DNA of 64,000 nt from Macrostomum lignano (lineage: Eukaryota): contig NIVC01000106.1 of the NCBI GenBank assembly GCA_002269645.1, positions 310,001-374,000 of the forward strand. The letters run 5' to 3'. A program made the translations under genes and the position numbers. Each line of letters begins with the position of its first letter. Positions within the stretch are counted from its first letter, which is position 1. This document shows, piece by piece, positions 10,401 to 19,578 of the stretch. Below the pieces are notes generated by a model, which worked only from the letters and a program-made list of their open reading frames with translations, was not told the origin of the DNA and made no database searches.

Positions 10401-13400
10401 GGTTGAATATTTGTACTGGCAGCTGTTTATCTTTTGCAACCAGTACTAGTGCCGTAGGCATCATAATTTGGTGTTTAGCCGTGACTCTTCTGTTTGGGTC
10501 GAATATCATTGCTTCCTCCGTTGCGTTAGTTGCCTTTGCCTTTATCCAGCAGGCGCTCTCCGGTTGGATGATGACATCTTGTTGCAATGTTACTTTTGGT
10601 AGTACTCGGATCTGGTTGATCAATGGTTGTTCTACCGAGTCGATCTTGAACGTTTGCTTATTGAAGTCGAAGGTCAATGGTAGTCGAAGCTGCTTGAACG
10701 TGTCGATGCCAACAATAACGTCCTGGTTTGGGAGTCTGTCGATGACGTACGTTGGAACTGTCAAGTGTTTATTAGCGATTCTTAAATCAATGTCGGCTTT
10801 TCCCAGAATGTTTAGCGAATGTCCTCCTGCTCCTGCAACTGCGATTGTTGCTGGCCGTAGAGCAAGTCGTAGCTTGTTGCACAGTTGTTTTGATATAACT
10901 GTGATGGAGCTGCCGGAATCGAGTAGCGCTCGACATGGTAGATTGTTGATTACCACTTGAGCCATGGCTTTGCCAATTTCGGCGTGTAGAGTACATACGT
11001 AGTTCTCTGGCCATTTTGGGTCTTGCTGTTCTGCTTGATAGTTGGGTGGTTGTATTCTTGGTGCCGTTGGTGTTGTCGGAATCGATGGATATAGCCGCGT
11101 TGCTAGTGTCGGTTGCCCTTGAACCTCACGATGTGCAGTTTCTGTTAGTTCTAAACTGTTGTCGCCTTCCGTTGTCGTTCTTTGCATTATGGCATTCACT
11201 GTCTTCTTAGCTCTTGGACAAGTTTGACTGAAGCACCGTACGATCGACGAAATGATGAAGATTGCCGTGACAATCCACACAATGCAAGCACCGTAGAAGA
11301 TGAATCCTTGATAGAGACTGCCTCTTCCATTGAGCAGCTCCCAGAAGCTGTTTGTCCAAAATGATTTGATGGCGCTGTCCATTGAAACAAGGACGGGAAA
11401 TCTTCCTGTCCCGGTTCCTTTGTCCTTTCTTGTGAACAGCTGGTGAATCATCTTGCGTTGGGTGATGAACGCTTGCAAGAAGTCGTTGATCGTCCATCCT
11501 GGTGTTATCTCGTCAAGTTGGATATCGGCGAATGGCGTATACTTCGTTCTGTTGAATCGGATTTTCAAATCCTCCATGTCGTAGTTTTCGTCGACGATTA
11601 CTTCCGGTTCTGTGATGTTTGCTGTCGTTCCAGTTGTTTTGATGACGTGTAGTGCATTGTCCAGTTGATAGTAGTTTGCTGCCGTGGTGCAAGGTCTCGG
11701 TATTGCGGTGCCAACGATGATGTTGTGTACCGTGTCCAAGAATCCTTGAATTCGTTTTCCTTCGTAGAACGCTTCAATCCTTGGCTTGTCGTAGCAGGTT
11801 GTTGACGTGTTCGACGGCAAGATGTTAAAGTGCTGTATCGGCGTGCACTTGTATATCAACAGATGCTCGTATATTGGAACTGCCAAAACGTTCGTCATTC
11901 CGGTGATTTTACGAAAAGTCATCGTAGGGTTGACATAGTAGTTTTGTCTGGCATAATTTAAGTTGATTGCGTGCATTTTGCAAGTTAGCTGGACCAGTGT
12001 TCGATGCAAGTGGTTTAACTGGTTGTGTAGATTGTGATCCAAAGCCGTTATCTTTGCTGACAGTAGTCGGTTTGACACCAGTTTGGGACGTTCGATGTCA
12101 CGTCGTCGTCTGTTCTGTTGTTCCTGCTGTTGATACGTTCCGTTGATGATCGCCAGAAAGGTTTGTTTGTCGTCATCTTTTACGTAGACTGGTATCTCTT
12201 GTTCCGAGATGAATAGTGTCTTGTCTGTATCCTTGCATTTCAGTTTTTGCTCGACTGGTTTCTTTTGAAACGTCAGTGCCAAGTCTCCTGACTTTGCCAA
12301 AAACGTGTTTGACAGTAGGCCTCCTTCCACTGTGTGGTACTTTTGTAGTTGACAGTCGATTTCCGTCTCAACCTTCCAAGCGAAGAAATATTGTCGTGAC
12401 TTTGATGGCTCTTCGTAGTGTGGATCGGCTCTGTGCACTATCTGCCATCGATAGTCTGGATGATACGTTGGACTCAGCGGTAGGCTGTAGAGTTCTGCAT
12501 TTCGCAATATCGGCGTTGGGCACCATCCTTCGCTGTATCGGCATTCACTTAGTTGCAGTTGCAGTGATTCCATTTTCTCGTACGGATTGTAGTAGAACGG
12601 AACATTCCTGATTAGGTAGCTGTTGCGTGCCGTGTAGTCAGGCCATCTTTCATTATAGTGGACATATCGACCGTTTGCCACATTCTTTGTTCGGAAGAGT
12701 TGTGCGTTGCCGACCTTTTCATCAGGTTCTAGTACACCATCTTTGGAGAACAATGTCTGGTTCCATCGTAGGCAGTCAGCGTGCGACACATGTAGCTCAT
12801 GCTGTCGGAATCGGATTCTGTTCCATTGTCCTCGCCATATTTTTTCGACTAGGTGCTTGTCTCTGAAGCACACGATTCCAAGTTGTCGATGCTTCTTGAT
12901 GTTGGCTTTGTAGAGATCGATTGTGATCTTTTTTGGCTTCGCCTGGTTTGTCTTGAAGTAGCTGCATTTGATGTCGGTTGGTATCTTGTAGATCATCGGT
13001 TGGATATGCGCATCCGTTGGACATATCATTGGTTTCTCCATTGCTGTTGCTTTGGTGACTACTGCCGTCAGTAGTATTATGATGATCCAGAATATCCAGA
13101 ATCGCCATTTTCTGAACGTTGCCGTTGTCTTTGCTGGCATTGGCTGCGGCTGCCATTCGTTATCTTCTACGTCCGCATCGTATTCTTCCTCTTGTTCCAT
13201 TGGCGTTTCCGAGCGCAAGGCATCCGATTCGTTCCGCTGCTTGTCGTCTTCATCATTTTCTTCCTTGCTTTCTTCCGATGTTGTAGTTGTGTCACTCCAT
13301 TGTCTGCGGTACCTCACTTCGGCCTTGTAGTCGACCGTTTGGATGTAGGCTTCACCATTTCGTTTATAGCGGATCTCGTAGCATTGATCGCTGTCGGAGC

Positions 13401-14775
13401 TTAGATTTCTTTCTTCCATTCCTTTGTGCCTTCCGTCTTCATGTTCTTTGTCGGCGGCTCGGTTGTCATCAGCATCATTGTGCATCTCATAATCGTGATC
13501 GCTGCTTTCTTCTTGCTGTTCTTCTTCCATCTCCGCATTTCCGTCGTTGCTTCTTTCGTTGTCATCCTTCGTTGCCAGTTCTTTGTCGTTGCTTTTGTTT
13601 GTTTCTTCTTTTCTTTCACTGATGTCGCTTGACAATGTTTTTTCTGTGCTCACTTCTGTCTTTTCTTCTTCGCTGTCAATGTTAGTTTCTTTCATTTCGA
13701 CCATGCTGATGTTTTTTGTCTTTTCGCTGCTCTCCACATCGAGCCAGTCGATTTCATTGATAGTGAAGTCCATTTCTAAGTCGTCTATCGTGAAGACTTG
13801 CTGCTCTTGCTGTTCGCTTTCCGGTGTGTACGTGATGGCGTTTGCATATCGTTGCATCGCTTGCGTTGGTTGCTTGGGCATGTATCTGGTGTTTCGCGGT
13901 CTGTAGCCATTGTTTCCGAAGCGTTTCGTGTTTTGCTGCTGCCAATTTTGATGTTGTTGCCATGGTTTTTGCGGCTTCCTTCTGTTGAATGGCTGTCGCT
14001 GCATGTCATTTCTTGTTGACCGATGAGGACAATGTATTTGGTAGTGTCCTTCTCGTCCACAGTAATAGCATCTGGCTTGGGCTCGTTCATTTCGTCTTTT
14101 TTGTTCGGCGATAACGGCTGTTTGATGTTGCATCAATTTGTTTAGTTGCTGTGTCAGTTTCTGCACTTCTGTGTTGCCGGTTGTCATTAGTGGAGCGCTT
14201 GCTTCCCACTGCATTCCGCACCGTAAAAGGTCTTCCTCGGTTTCAATGTTTTCGCGTAGAAGTCTATCTCGGAGTGACGGCTGTGCATTGTTTATTACGT
14301 GCAGAATCAGATTTTGTTCGCGATCCATCAATCGCTGTCGCTCTCTAGCGGCTAATTCTGCCGCACCCAGAGGTGGTTGGTCTGCAGCTGGCAGTGTTGG
14401 CTGATGCAGTGCCTTAATTATCTGACGGATGTCGTCCACAAAGGTCAGGAAGGATTCGGTTGGCTGCATCCTTCTGTTATGCAACTTGTGCAGTAGCACT
14501 GATCTGTTTGTGCCACAGCGGTTGAAGTGTGCGCGCAGTTGAATGATTAATGCTGGGTAGTTTTGCTGTGTTGCCGCGTCTAGTTTACCATAAATCTCTC
14601 GTGCAGTGCCTTGGAGGAGTGGTGGCAACAGTTGCGCTTTTTCTGGATTTTGTAGGTTGTATTCCCTACATACCAGGTCAAAATGATCAACAAAGGTGTT
14701 AAAGTCTTTTTCCATAGAAAAGGTGCCAACTGTCTCTTTGATATCTCTGTGCACCGTTGGATTGCGCCGCGCCAT
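7456..14775 (-). CDS. 2439-aa Gag-Env-Pol polyprotein
   Basis: CCHC knuckle CYYCGREGHYQIHC (14029-14070); internal signal peptide (13042-13107); furin site RRRR (12100-12111); TM (about 11238-11310); protease LLDSGS (10912-10920); RT YVDD (9658-9669); RNase H TDASG...ADALSR; integrase HHCC, DITG/DNGSQF/ERFH and GPY motif. Confidence 0.96.
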   Translation of the reverse strand: MARRNPTVHRDIKETVGTFSMEKDFNTFVDHFDLVCREYNLQNPEKAQLLPPLLQGTAREIYGKLDAATQQNYPALIIQLRAHFNRCGTNRSVLLHKLHNRRMQPTESFLTFVDDIRQIIKALHQPTLPAADQPPLGAAELAARERQRLMDREQNLILHVINNAQPSLRDRLLRENIETEEDLLRCGMQWEASAPLMTTGNTEVQKLTQQLNKLMQHQTAVIAEQKRRNERAQARCYYCGREGHYQIHCPHRSTRNDMQRQPFNRRKPQKPWQQHQNWQQQNTKRFGNNGYRPRNTRYMPKQPTQAMQRYANAITYTPESEQQEQQVFTIDDLEMDFTINEIDWLDVESSEKTKNISMVEMKETNIDSEEEKTEVSTEKTLSSDISERKEETNKSNDKELATKDDNERSNDGNAEMEEEQQEESSDHDYEMHNDADDNRAADKEHEDGRHKGMEERNLSSDSDQCYEIRYKRNGEAYIQTVDYKAEVRYRRQWSDTTTTSEESKEENDEDDKQRNESDALRSETPMEQEEEYDADVEDNEWQPQPMPAKTTATFRKWRFWIFWIIIILLTAVVTKATAMEKPMICPTDAHIQPMIYKIPTDIKCSYFKTNQAKPKKITIDLYKANIKKHRQLGIVCFRDKHLVEKIWRGQWNRIRFRQHELHVSHADCLRWNQTLFSKDGVLEPDEKVGNAQLFRTKNVANGRYVHYNERWPDYTARNSYLIRNVPFYYNPYEKMESLQLQLSECRYSEGWCPTPILRNAELYSLPLSPTYHPDYRWQIVHRADPHYEEPSKSRQYFFAWKVETEIDCQLQKYHTVEGGLLSNTFLAKSGDLALTFQKKPVEQKLKCKDTDKTLFISEQEIPVYVKDDDKQTFLAIINGTYQQQEQQNRRRRDIERPKLVSNRLLSAKITALDHNLHNQLNHLHRTLVQLTCKMHAINLNYARQNYYVNPTMTFRKITGMTNVLAVPIYEHLLIYKCTPIQHFNILPSNTSTTCYDKPRIEAFYEGKRIQGFLDTVHNIIVGTAIPRPCTTAANYYQLDNALHVIKTTGTTANITEPEVIVDENYDMEDLKIRFNRTKYTPFADIQLDEITPGWTINDFLQAFITQRKMIHQLFTRKDKGTGTGRFPVLVSMDSAIKSFWTNSFWELLNGRGSLYQGFIFYGACIVWIVTAIFIISSIVRCFSQTCPRAKKTVNAIMQRTTTEGDNSLELTETAHREVQGQPTLATRLYPSIPTTPTAPRIQPPNYQAEQQDPKWPENYVCTLHAEIGKAMAQVVINNLPCRALLDSGSSITVISKQLCNKLRLALRPATIAVAGAGGHSLNILGKADIDLRIANKHLTVPTYVIDRLPNQDVIVGIDTFKQLRLPLTFDFNKQTFKIDSVEQPLINQIRVLPKVTLQQDVIIQPESACWIKAKATNATEEAMIFDPNRRVTAKHQIMMPTALVLVAKDKQLPVQIFNPNTETVHLRQGMCIGHLNTQASVMLIEQATPRLTEEEFQKKINLDDSPITEQQKRKVRQLLWKYNDAFCHHDYDIGRAKDIKQEIKLLPHTEPIQCKPYPIAKHLQQHFDEIIDKMLKHGIISKAISAYSSPCLLVQKKETNERRLVCDFRLLNKYIPTDQQSLPKISELLAKLNTAKLFTVFDLRHGFWQIEIEKESRQYTAFKTYNGQVYEYNRSPMGLSNSPATMSRLTAYMLAGCTNLLHYVDDILAYGEDFERLYEATEKALALIQRQGLKLQPTKCKFFRDNVRYLGHQVTAKGISPDPDNVDKVKKFPTPTSKTKVQSFLGLAQYFRKFLPNFAKTAKPLYDLLKFDKWKQENWTQKQQESFDEIKRQLTSDALLQHPDFDKPFIIETDASGTGLGAVLLQETEDKKERPIAYVSRALKPNETKWSATERELLGVLFALRQFHYYIYGSPLQTIVRTDHAPLTYVVTTKGQTNNRLIRMTLKIQDYNYKLVYKPGITNKAADALSRAYEVNAIHPIPNIKELVDETEHDNFYIAVKNNDKDIKLSPVERKFLRKQRQHLTINKSRLYWMSDNKPKIYIPYSFRQAILNELHDNPLAGHLSAAKTIARVGQYYFWPTMYGDIKQYCNNCHSCAASKTGRRQKPQLQSIPKSTTMDCLSIDITGPLPPSCLQGIAYTYILTALDIFSKFAIAIPIPDITAQTVAMSFFNDIICKYGTPKNLTSDNGSQFTSQLFQQVVKILNITQIYTSTYNPKANMVERFHRNLHEMITHFAHQQPEDWIIYLQAVTMAYNSAIHRSTDNTPFFLMFGRDFQPPNLLAQQLLPSQYVEVPTSIQKFVTQLHLAWKVAKHNIDNQVALTTGTDTRSTTLTAGDIVYLHYPPQQTHKHAQKYKGPYRVVQLTSPTTARLANVQDPHQHQFYVHIHRLKKINTDTTTFLPSLDNADRTRSANRHIATKHEETQTSTENQQHGYNLRPR
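11230..13110 (-). other. Envelope glycoprotein domain, herpes gB/chuvirus G-like class III fusogen, inside the polyprotein
   Basis: TCKMHAINL...VNP...LLIYKCTP...TCYDKP...QGFL...PRPC follows the gB WCELQN...LNP...VSTCVP...CYSRP...GQL...EPC pattern; sequons NQT, NGT, NTS, NIT, NRT; signal peptide, furin site and TM. Confidence 0.75.
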
Positions 14776-15451
14776 GTTGTTGATGGGATAGAACGGTAGC
14801 TCTAGGTCTGGGTCGATTTGTAATGGATCTTCCAGTGTGGTGTTTCTTTCGAAATAAACTTCGGTTGTAACTGATTGTCTCGCGGCGCTTTTGACACCTC
14901 AATTTGTTATGTCTGACCTTGAACGGAATTCGGCTTTTGGCTGCTTTTTCTGACCTCTTATTCGCTGGCTGATTTTCGCACTTATGCGGCGTCCCGCAAA
15001 GTGTATCTTTAAAGTGCTTGAAGTGCAGCTGCTTCTTGCTTTTTTCAAAGGCCTTTCTTGTCTTCGTGACGTGCCTTGTCACGTTTTATCAAATTTCGGT
15101 TTGTTTTAGCTTTCGTCAAGTGTTTTTAATTTCGGTTTTGTTTTAGTGTGTATTGATTATTTTTCGGTTTGTTTTCAGTGTACCGGACGTTGTTTTCGGT
15201 TTTGTTTAAGGTTTACTCTTGCTCGAGCTCGTTAAAAACAAAAATTTAACACGCGTGCTCAAACGTTACTCAAAATTGACAGGTACTCAAGCCTGTATAC
15301 CAAAACTTTTACTCGAGTTTCAAATCGTACAAAAATCGAAAAGTGTCGAAAAGTGTTACCTCTAACACGTGCGCGCAAAATTAATGAAGTCGCTCTTTCG
15401 TCACTTTACAATAGCTTGGCCAGGCTATTGCTCAAAAGTTTGAGTAGTGCC

Positions 15452-15469
15452 GAGAGGGCGAGATCACCA
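15452..15469 (-). promoter_or_regulatory. Primer-binding site (TGGTGATCTCGCCCTCTC); primer tRNA not identified
   Basis: TGG starts 2 nt after the 5' LTR end. Confidence 0.6.
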
Positions 15470-15471
15470 AT

Positions 15472-16442
15472 TGATGTGTTCCTTATTACCAGTCCTCAAC
15501 TGTAATCAAGGAACAATCACTTCTAGCTCTGTAGCTAGGCAACCCAGTAATCAAATGAAGGTATTCAATTACCTTTGAGTCCTTAAATGAGAGCTCTCGT
15601 AATAATCCTCGTCCGTAGTATCGCGATCAGTAACTTTCCTGTCCTTCAGGAAGTTTAGGCGCCTGGTAACAGTTGATCTGGTCCGTTATCTCCTTTGTCC
15701 TCTTGACTTCTTGCCGGCCGGTATCTGTAGTTCGGACCAATCGGAAGCTTCCAAATTAACAATGGGGATCCCTGCGCCAAACTGCGGTTTAATATAAGCC
15801 TACTCCTTCTAGTAGTGCCTCTATGCACTCTAGGTATGGCTCCGGAAACCACTGATAGTCTTCTAAGATCTATCAGGGGCAGTCCTTCTGGAGACTGCAA
15901 CCAGTGGAGTCTAAACAGACTCAAGAGTCTCAGCAGACTCAAATAAACTCAAGTCTCAATAGACTTGAGCGAGACGTCTCAACCAACGGGCGCAAATGAG
16001 TAAGGCTTACCGCAAGAACTCGTCCACGACGCGAGTTTCTTCAGGAAGGCTTCACTAGAGCTTCCTCTTCGGAGCTTCTCTCTCTTGGAGATTTTCTGGC
16101 TCCGGGTCCGTTCCGGACCACTTGTATTTATAGGCGTTCAGACCTCTCTCGAGGTCGTACATCACTGTCTTCGCAAATGTCAAAGGGTCACGATTCGGTG
16201 GCTGTCAAGCATGACAGGGTAGAAAGTTGCGCAACTAGTCTACTGTAAAAGCGCATGATTGGTTACCGTAGCTGGTAGACTTTGATTGGTTCATCCGGGT
16301 GCAACCCGAGTGCAAACCAAATGATGACTTGAAGGTGGGGTTTGAGTTTGAGTTTAGTAGTATTTAGTTTACTACTAAATAAAATGTGTGAGTAGTACAT
16401 TAACACTTTTATGTCTTCTTACGGGAGGTAGAACACTCTACA
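15472..16442 (-). repeat. 5' LTR (971 bp)
   Basis: Same sequence as 5943-6913; the identical 95-aa ORFs at 6126 and 15655 show the same 9529 offset. Confidence 0.95.
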
Positions 16443-16934
16443 CTTACTATCCAGCACCATATTATCCTCGGCATAAGAGTACACATCGGCGCCTTGAGCA
16501 CAGATGGTGCCCAGTTTAACAGCCAGAGGATAGCCAGTCTTCTCATAGTGCTCAACAGCGTGGTTGTTGCCGCCGGAGCCGTCAAAGTAGCGCCGGCCGC
16601 ACAGGATGGTGCCGTCAGTCAGGTTTAGCCAGAGATTGTCGCGCTTATCACACTTGGCGCACTGCCAACCGCTGGGCGGGATTTTTATCCCATTGTCCAG
16701 CTGGACAAGGCTGGAAGCGTGCTTGGACTCTTGGCGATCAGACATGTTTTCCAGTATAGAATAAAGCAGCTAAGCTGAAAAACAATAAAGAAATAATAGA
16801 TTAATTTTTTCATAAGATTTGATTTGCATATTTAATGGGCCTTTAATTGCCTCTGAGGGCCTGTCGAACCCCTCCCTGACGCTTTATCGGGTAGTGTCTC
16901 TACACCCTCCCCGATTCTACAGGTGACTGCTCTA

Positions 16935-17945
16935 TCCCCTCCCTGATGCTTCAGCTGGCACTGTCTGTATCCCCTCCCTGATGCTTCAGCTGGCACTGTC
17001 TCTACCCCCTCCCCGATGCTTCAGCTGGCACTGTCTCTACCCCCTCCCTGATGCTTCAGCTGGCACTGTCTCTACCCCCTCCCTGATGCTTCAGCTGGCA
17101 CTGTCTCTACCCCCTCTCTGATGCTTCAGCTGGCACTGTCTCTACGCCCTCCCTGATGCTTCAGCTGGCACTGTCTCTACGCCCTCCCTGGTGCTTCAGC
17201 TGGCACTGTCTCTATCCCCTCCCTGATGCTTCAGCTGGCACTGTCTCTACGCCCTCCCTGATGCTTCAGCTGGCACTGTCTCTACGCCCTCCCTGATGCT
17301 TCAGCTGGCACTGTCTCTACGCCCTCCCTGATGCTTCAGCTGGCACTGTCTCTATCCCCTCCCTGATGCTTCAGCTGGCACTGTCTCTACGCCCTCCCTG
17401 ATGCTTCAGCTGGCACTGTCTCTACGCCCTCCCTGATGCTTCAGCTGGCACTGTCTCTATCCCCTCCCTGATGCTTCAGCTGGCACTGTCTCTACGCCCT
17501 CCCTGATGCTTCAGCTGGCACTGTCTCTACGCCCTCCCTGGTGCTTCAGCTGGCACTGTCTCTATCCCCTCCCTGATGCTTCAGCTGGCACTGTCTCTAC
17601 GCCCTCCCTGATGCTTCAGCTGGCACTGTCTCTACGCCCTCCCTGATGCTTCAGCTGGCACTGTCTCTACGCCCTCCCTGATGCTTCAGCTGGCACTGTC
17701 TCTATCCCCTCCCTGATGCTTCAGCTGGCACTGTCTCTACGCCCTCCCTGATGCTTCAGCTGGCACTGTCTCTACGCCCTCCCTGATGCTTCAGCTGGCA
17801 CTGTCTCTATCCCCTCCCTGATGCTTCAGCTGGCACTGTCTCTACGCCCTCCCTGATGCTTCAGCTGGCACTGTCTCTACGCCCTCCCTGATGCTTCAGC
17901 TGGCACTGTCTCTATCCCCTCCCTGATGCTTCAGCTGGCACTGTT
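16935..17945. repeat. 35-bp minisatellite (GATGCTTCAGCTGGCACTGTCTCTACGCCCTCCCT)n, about 29 copies
   Basis: 35-bp period measured (17225 to 17260); no spacers. Confidence 0.93.
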
Positions 17946-18339
17946 TTTACCATTGAATTGAGTAAAAGCAAACATTGTTGGTATAAAAATGAAAAGGAAA
18001 ACACTGAAAAAGCTACATCAAATAAGTTGTAATTCTGAATACTCATTCTAGCATTTATTTTTTCGTTCATTTCAGTCTAAAACGAGCAAGCAACTAAATT
18101 CAGGTCCAAGACTGACAGAACATATAACAGGTTTGAAATCGCATTAAAATGATTGAAAAAATGCATGTTTGCCATAAAGACAGCATATCAATACGGCTAC
18201 GATAACGTTTTCTACTATAAAATATAAAATATTACACTAGTAAGCAACCAGACACCAATCTCTTTCAACAGCGACCCAATAAACTCTAATACCATTAATT
18301 GACTTTTTGATCTTATTAACTGACATGTAAATCTTAATC

Positions 18340-18810
18340 TCATTAACTAATCTCTCAATCTCACCTGTACGGTCCATCTCTAATTCTTACCTATAGAATC
18401 CATCTATCAATCTCACCTGCACAATCATTCTAACAATCTCACCAGTACAATCAATCTCTCAATCTCACCTGTACAATCAATCTATTAATCTCACCTGTAC
18501 AATCAATCTATCAATCTACCCTGTAAAATCAATTAATCTCACCTGTACAATCAGCTTATCAATCTCACCTACTACAATCAATCTATCAATCTCCCCTGTA
18601 AAACCCAAAAATCTCACCTGTACAATCAACTTTAAATCTTACCTGTATAATCAATCTCTCAATCTCACCTACTAAAATCAATCTCTCAATCTCACCTGTA
18701 CAGTCAATCTCTCAATTTCACCTGTGAAATCAATTTATCAATCTCACCTGTACAATCAATCTATCAATCTCACCTGTACAATTAATCTATCAATCTCACC
18801 TGTAAAGTCT
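18340..18810. repeat. Degenerate ~26-bp repeat (AATCTCACCTGTACAATCAATCTATC)n
   Basis: Recurrent ATCTCACCTGTA core. Confidence 0.8.
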
Positions 18811-18903
18811 AACTCTCAAAATCGCTCTCATTGAATTGAACTATTCTAAAAACCCTGTCAAAAAAGAGAGTACATGAAGTACCTACATACACTGGTAGCT
18901 TTA

Positions 18904-19351
18904 TTAAACACTTAAATCGATTTTTCTCAACCATTTACACAGCAGCAATCGGGCAGGCGACACCAGCGCAGCCTCGGGCCTGTGCAAGCTTCTCAAACTC
19001 AGCCAGACATAATTGGTCCGATCAATCTGCCACAGCAGAGATCGATAGCCAATCAGCGGCAGGAAGCACAGGCGGGCATCAGCTGATAGACAGCCAGTAG
19101 CTGCTGCTTTTTCCAGATCGGCACTCAGGCACTGGTGATGCGCCTCGGCAGATCCGACAATCTCCTTGATCAGATTGGCCAAGCTGTTGCCATGCTCATT
19201 CGGCTGCTCGGCGGTGGCTTTTGCGGCCGAGTGTAAGTTCTCCGGCGAGGCAATGCCGTGCCGTCGGAGTTCGGCTTCGGGTAGTTCGCAGCGACCACGG
19301 TTGATCATTATGTTGGCTGAGGCTGACAGGAAGCGGAGGAGACCGACCAGC
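18904..19351 (-). CDS. Terminal exon of an NDUFAF6-like (squalene/phytoene synthase fold) gene
   Basis: G-LVGLLR...[15 protein letters not shown]...[15 protein letters not shown]...[21 protein letters not shown]...KWLRK parallels the NDUFAF6 C-terminal half; TCCAG acceptor at 19352; upstream exons not found. Confidence 0.55.
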
Positions 19352-19429
19352 CTGGATGAAGGAGTTGTGGGGCGGCGACAGAATGCAGGCAAAGACAGAC
19401 ACAGAAAAAAAACACAAAGACAGACAGCC

Positions 19430-19485
19430 ACAGACAGATAGATAGACAGACAGACAGAGAGACACAGACAGACAGACAGACAGAC

Positions 19486-19517
<32 letters not shown>

Positions 19518-19578
19518 GCAGACAGACAGACAGACAGACAGACAGACACACAGACACAGACAGACAGACAGATACAGA
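19430..19578. repeat. (GACA)n microsatellite
   Basis: Read directly. Confidence 0.95.

Larger units (their letters stand above)
5943..16442 (-). mobile_element. Full-length env-bearing Ty3/gypsy LTR retrotransposon
   Basis: Two 971-bp TG...CA LTRs offset by 9529; CTTA TSD at 5939-5942 and 16443-16446; single long polyprotein ORF with PR-RT-RH-IN order. Confidence 0.96.
5840..16745 (-). pseudogene. Stand-alone ZnF-UBP mini-gene (about 133 aa) copied from USP5 exon 2 and split by the LTR element
   Basis: 16443-16737 plus 5906-5942 match 1941-2268 with only a few substitutions; removing the element and one TSD restores MSDRQESKH...VLDSKLEQHLKHFGIDMAKMKKSEKSVAELQADQHQG* (TGA at 5842-5840). Confidence 0.75.

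Noticed and set aside
14699-15082. Basic 127-aa ORF upstream of and overlapping gag
   Set aside because: Non-ATG start in an A-rich leader; no domain.
16935-17945. 35-bp repeats of CRISPR-like length
   Set aside because: Units are head-to-tail with no unique spacers, there are no cas genes, and the context is eukaryotic.
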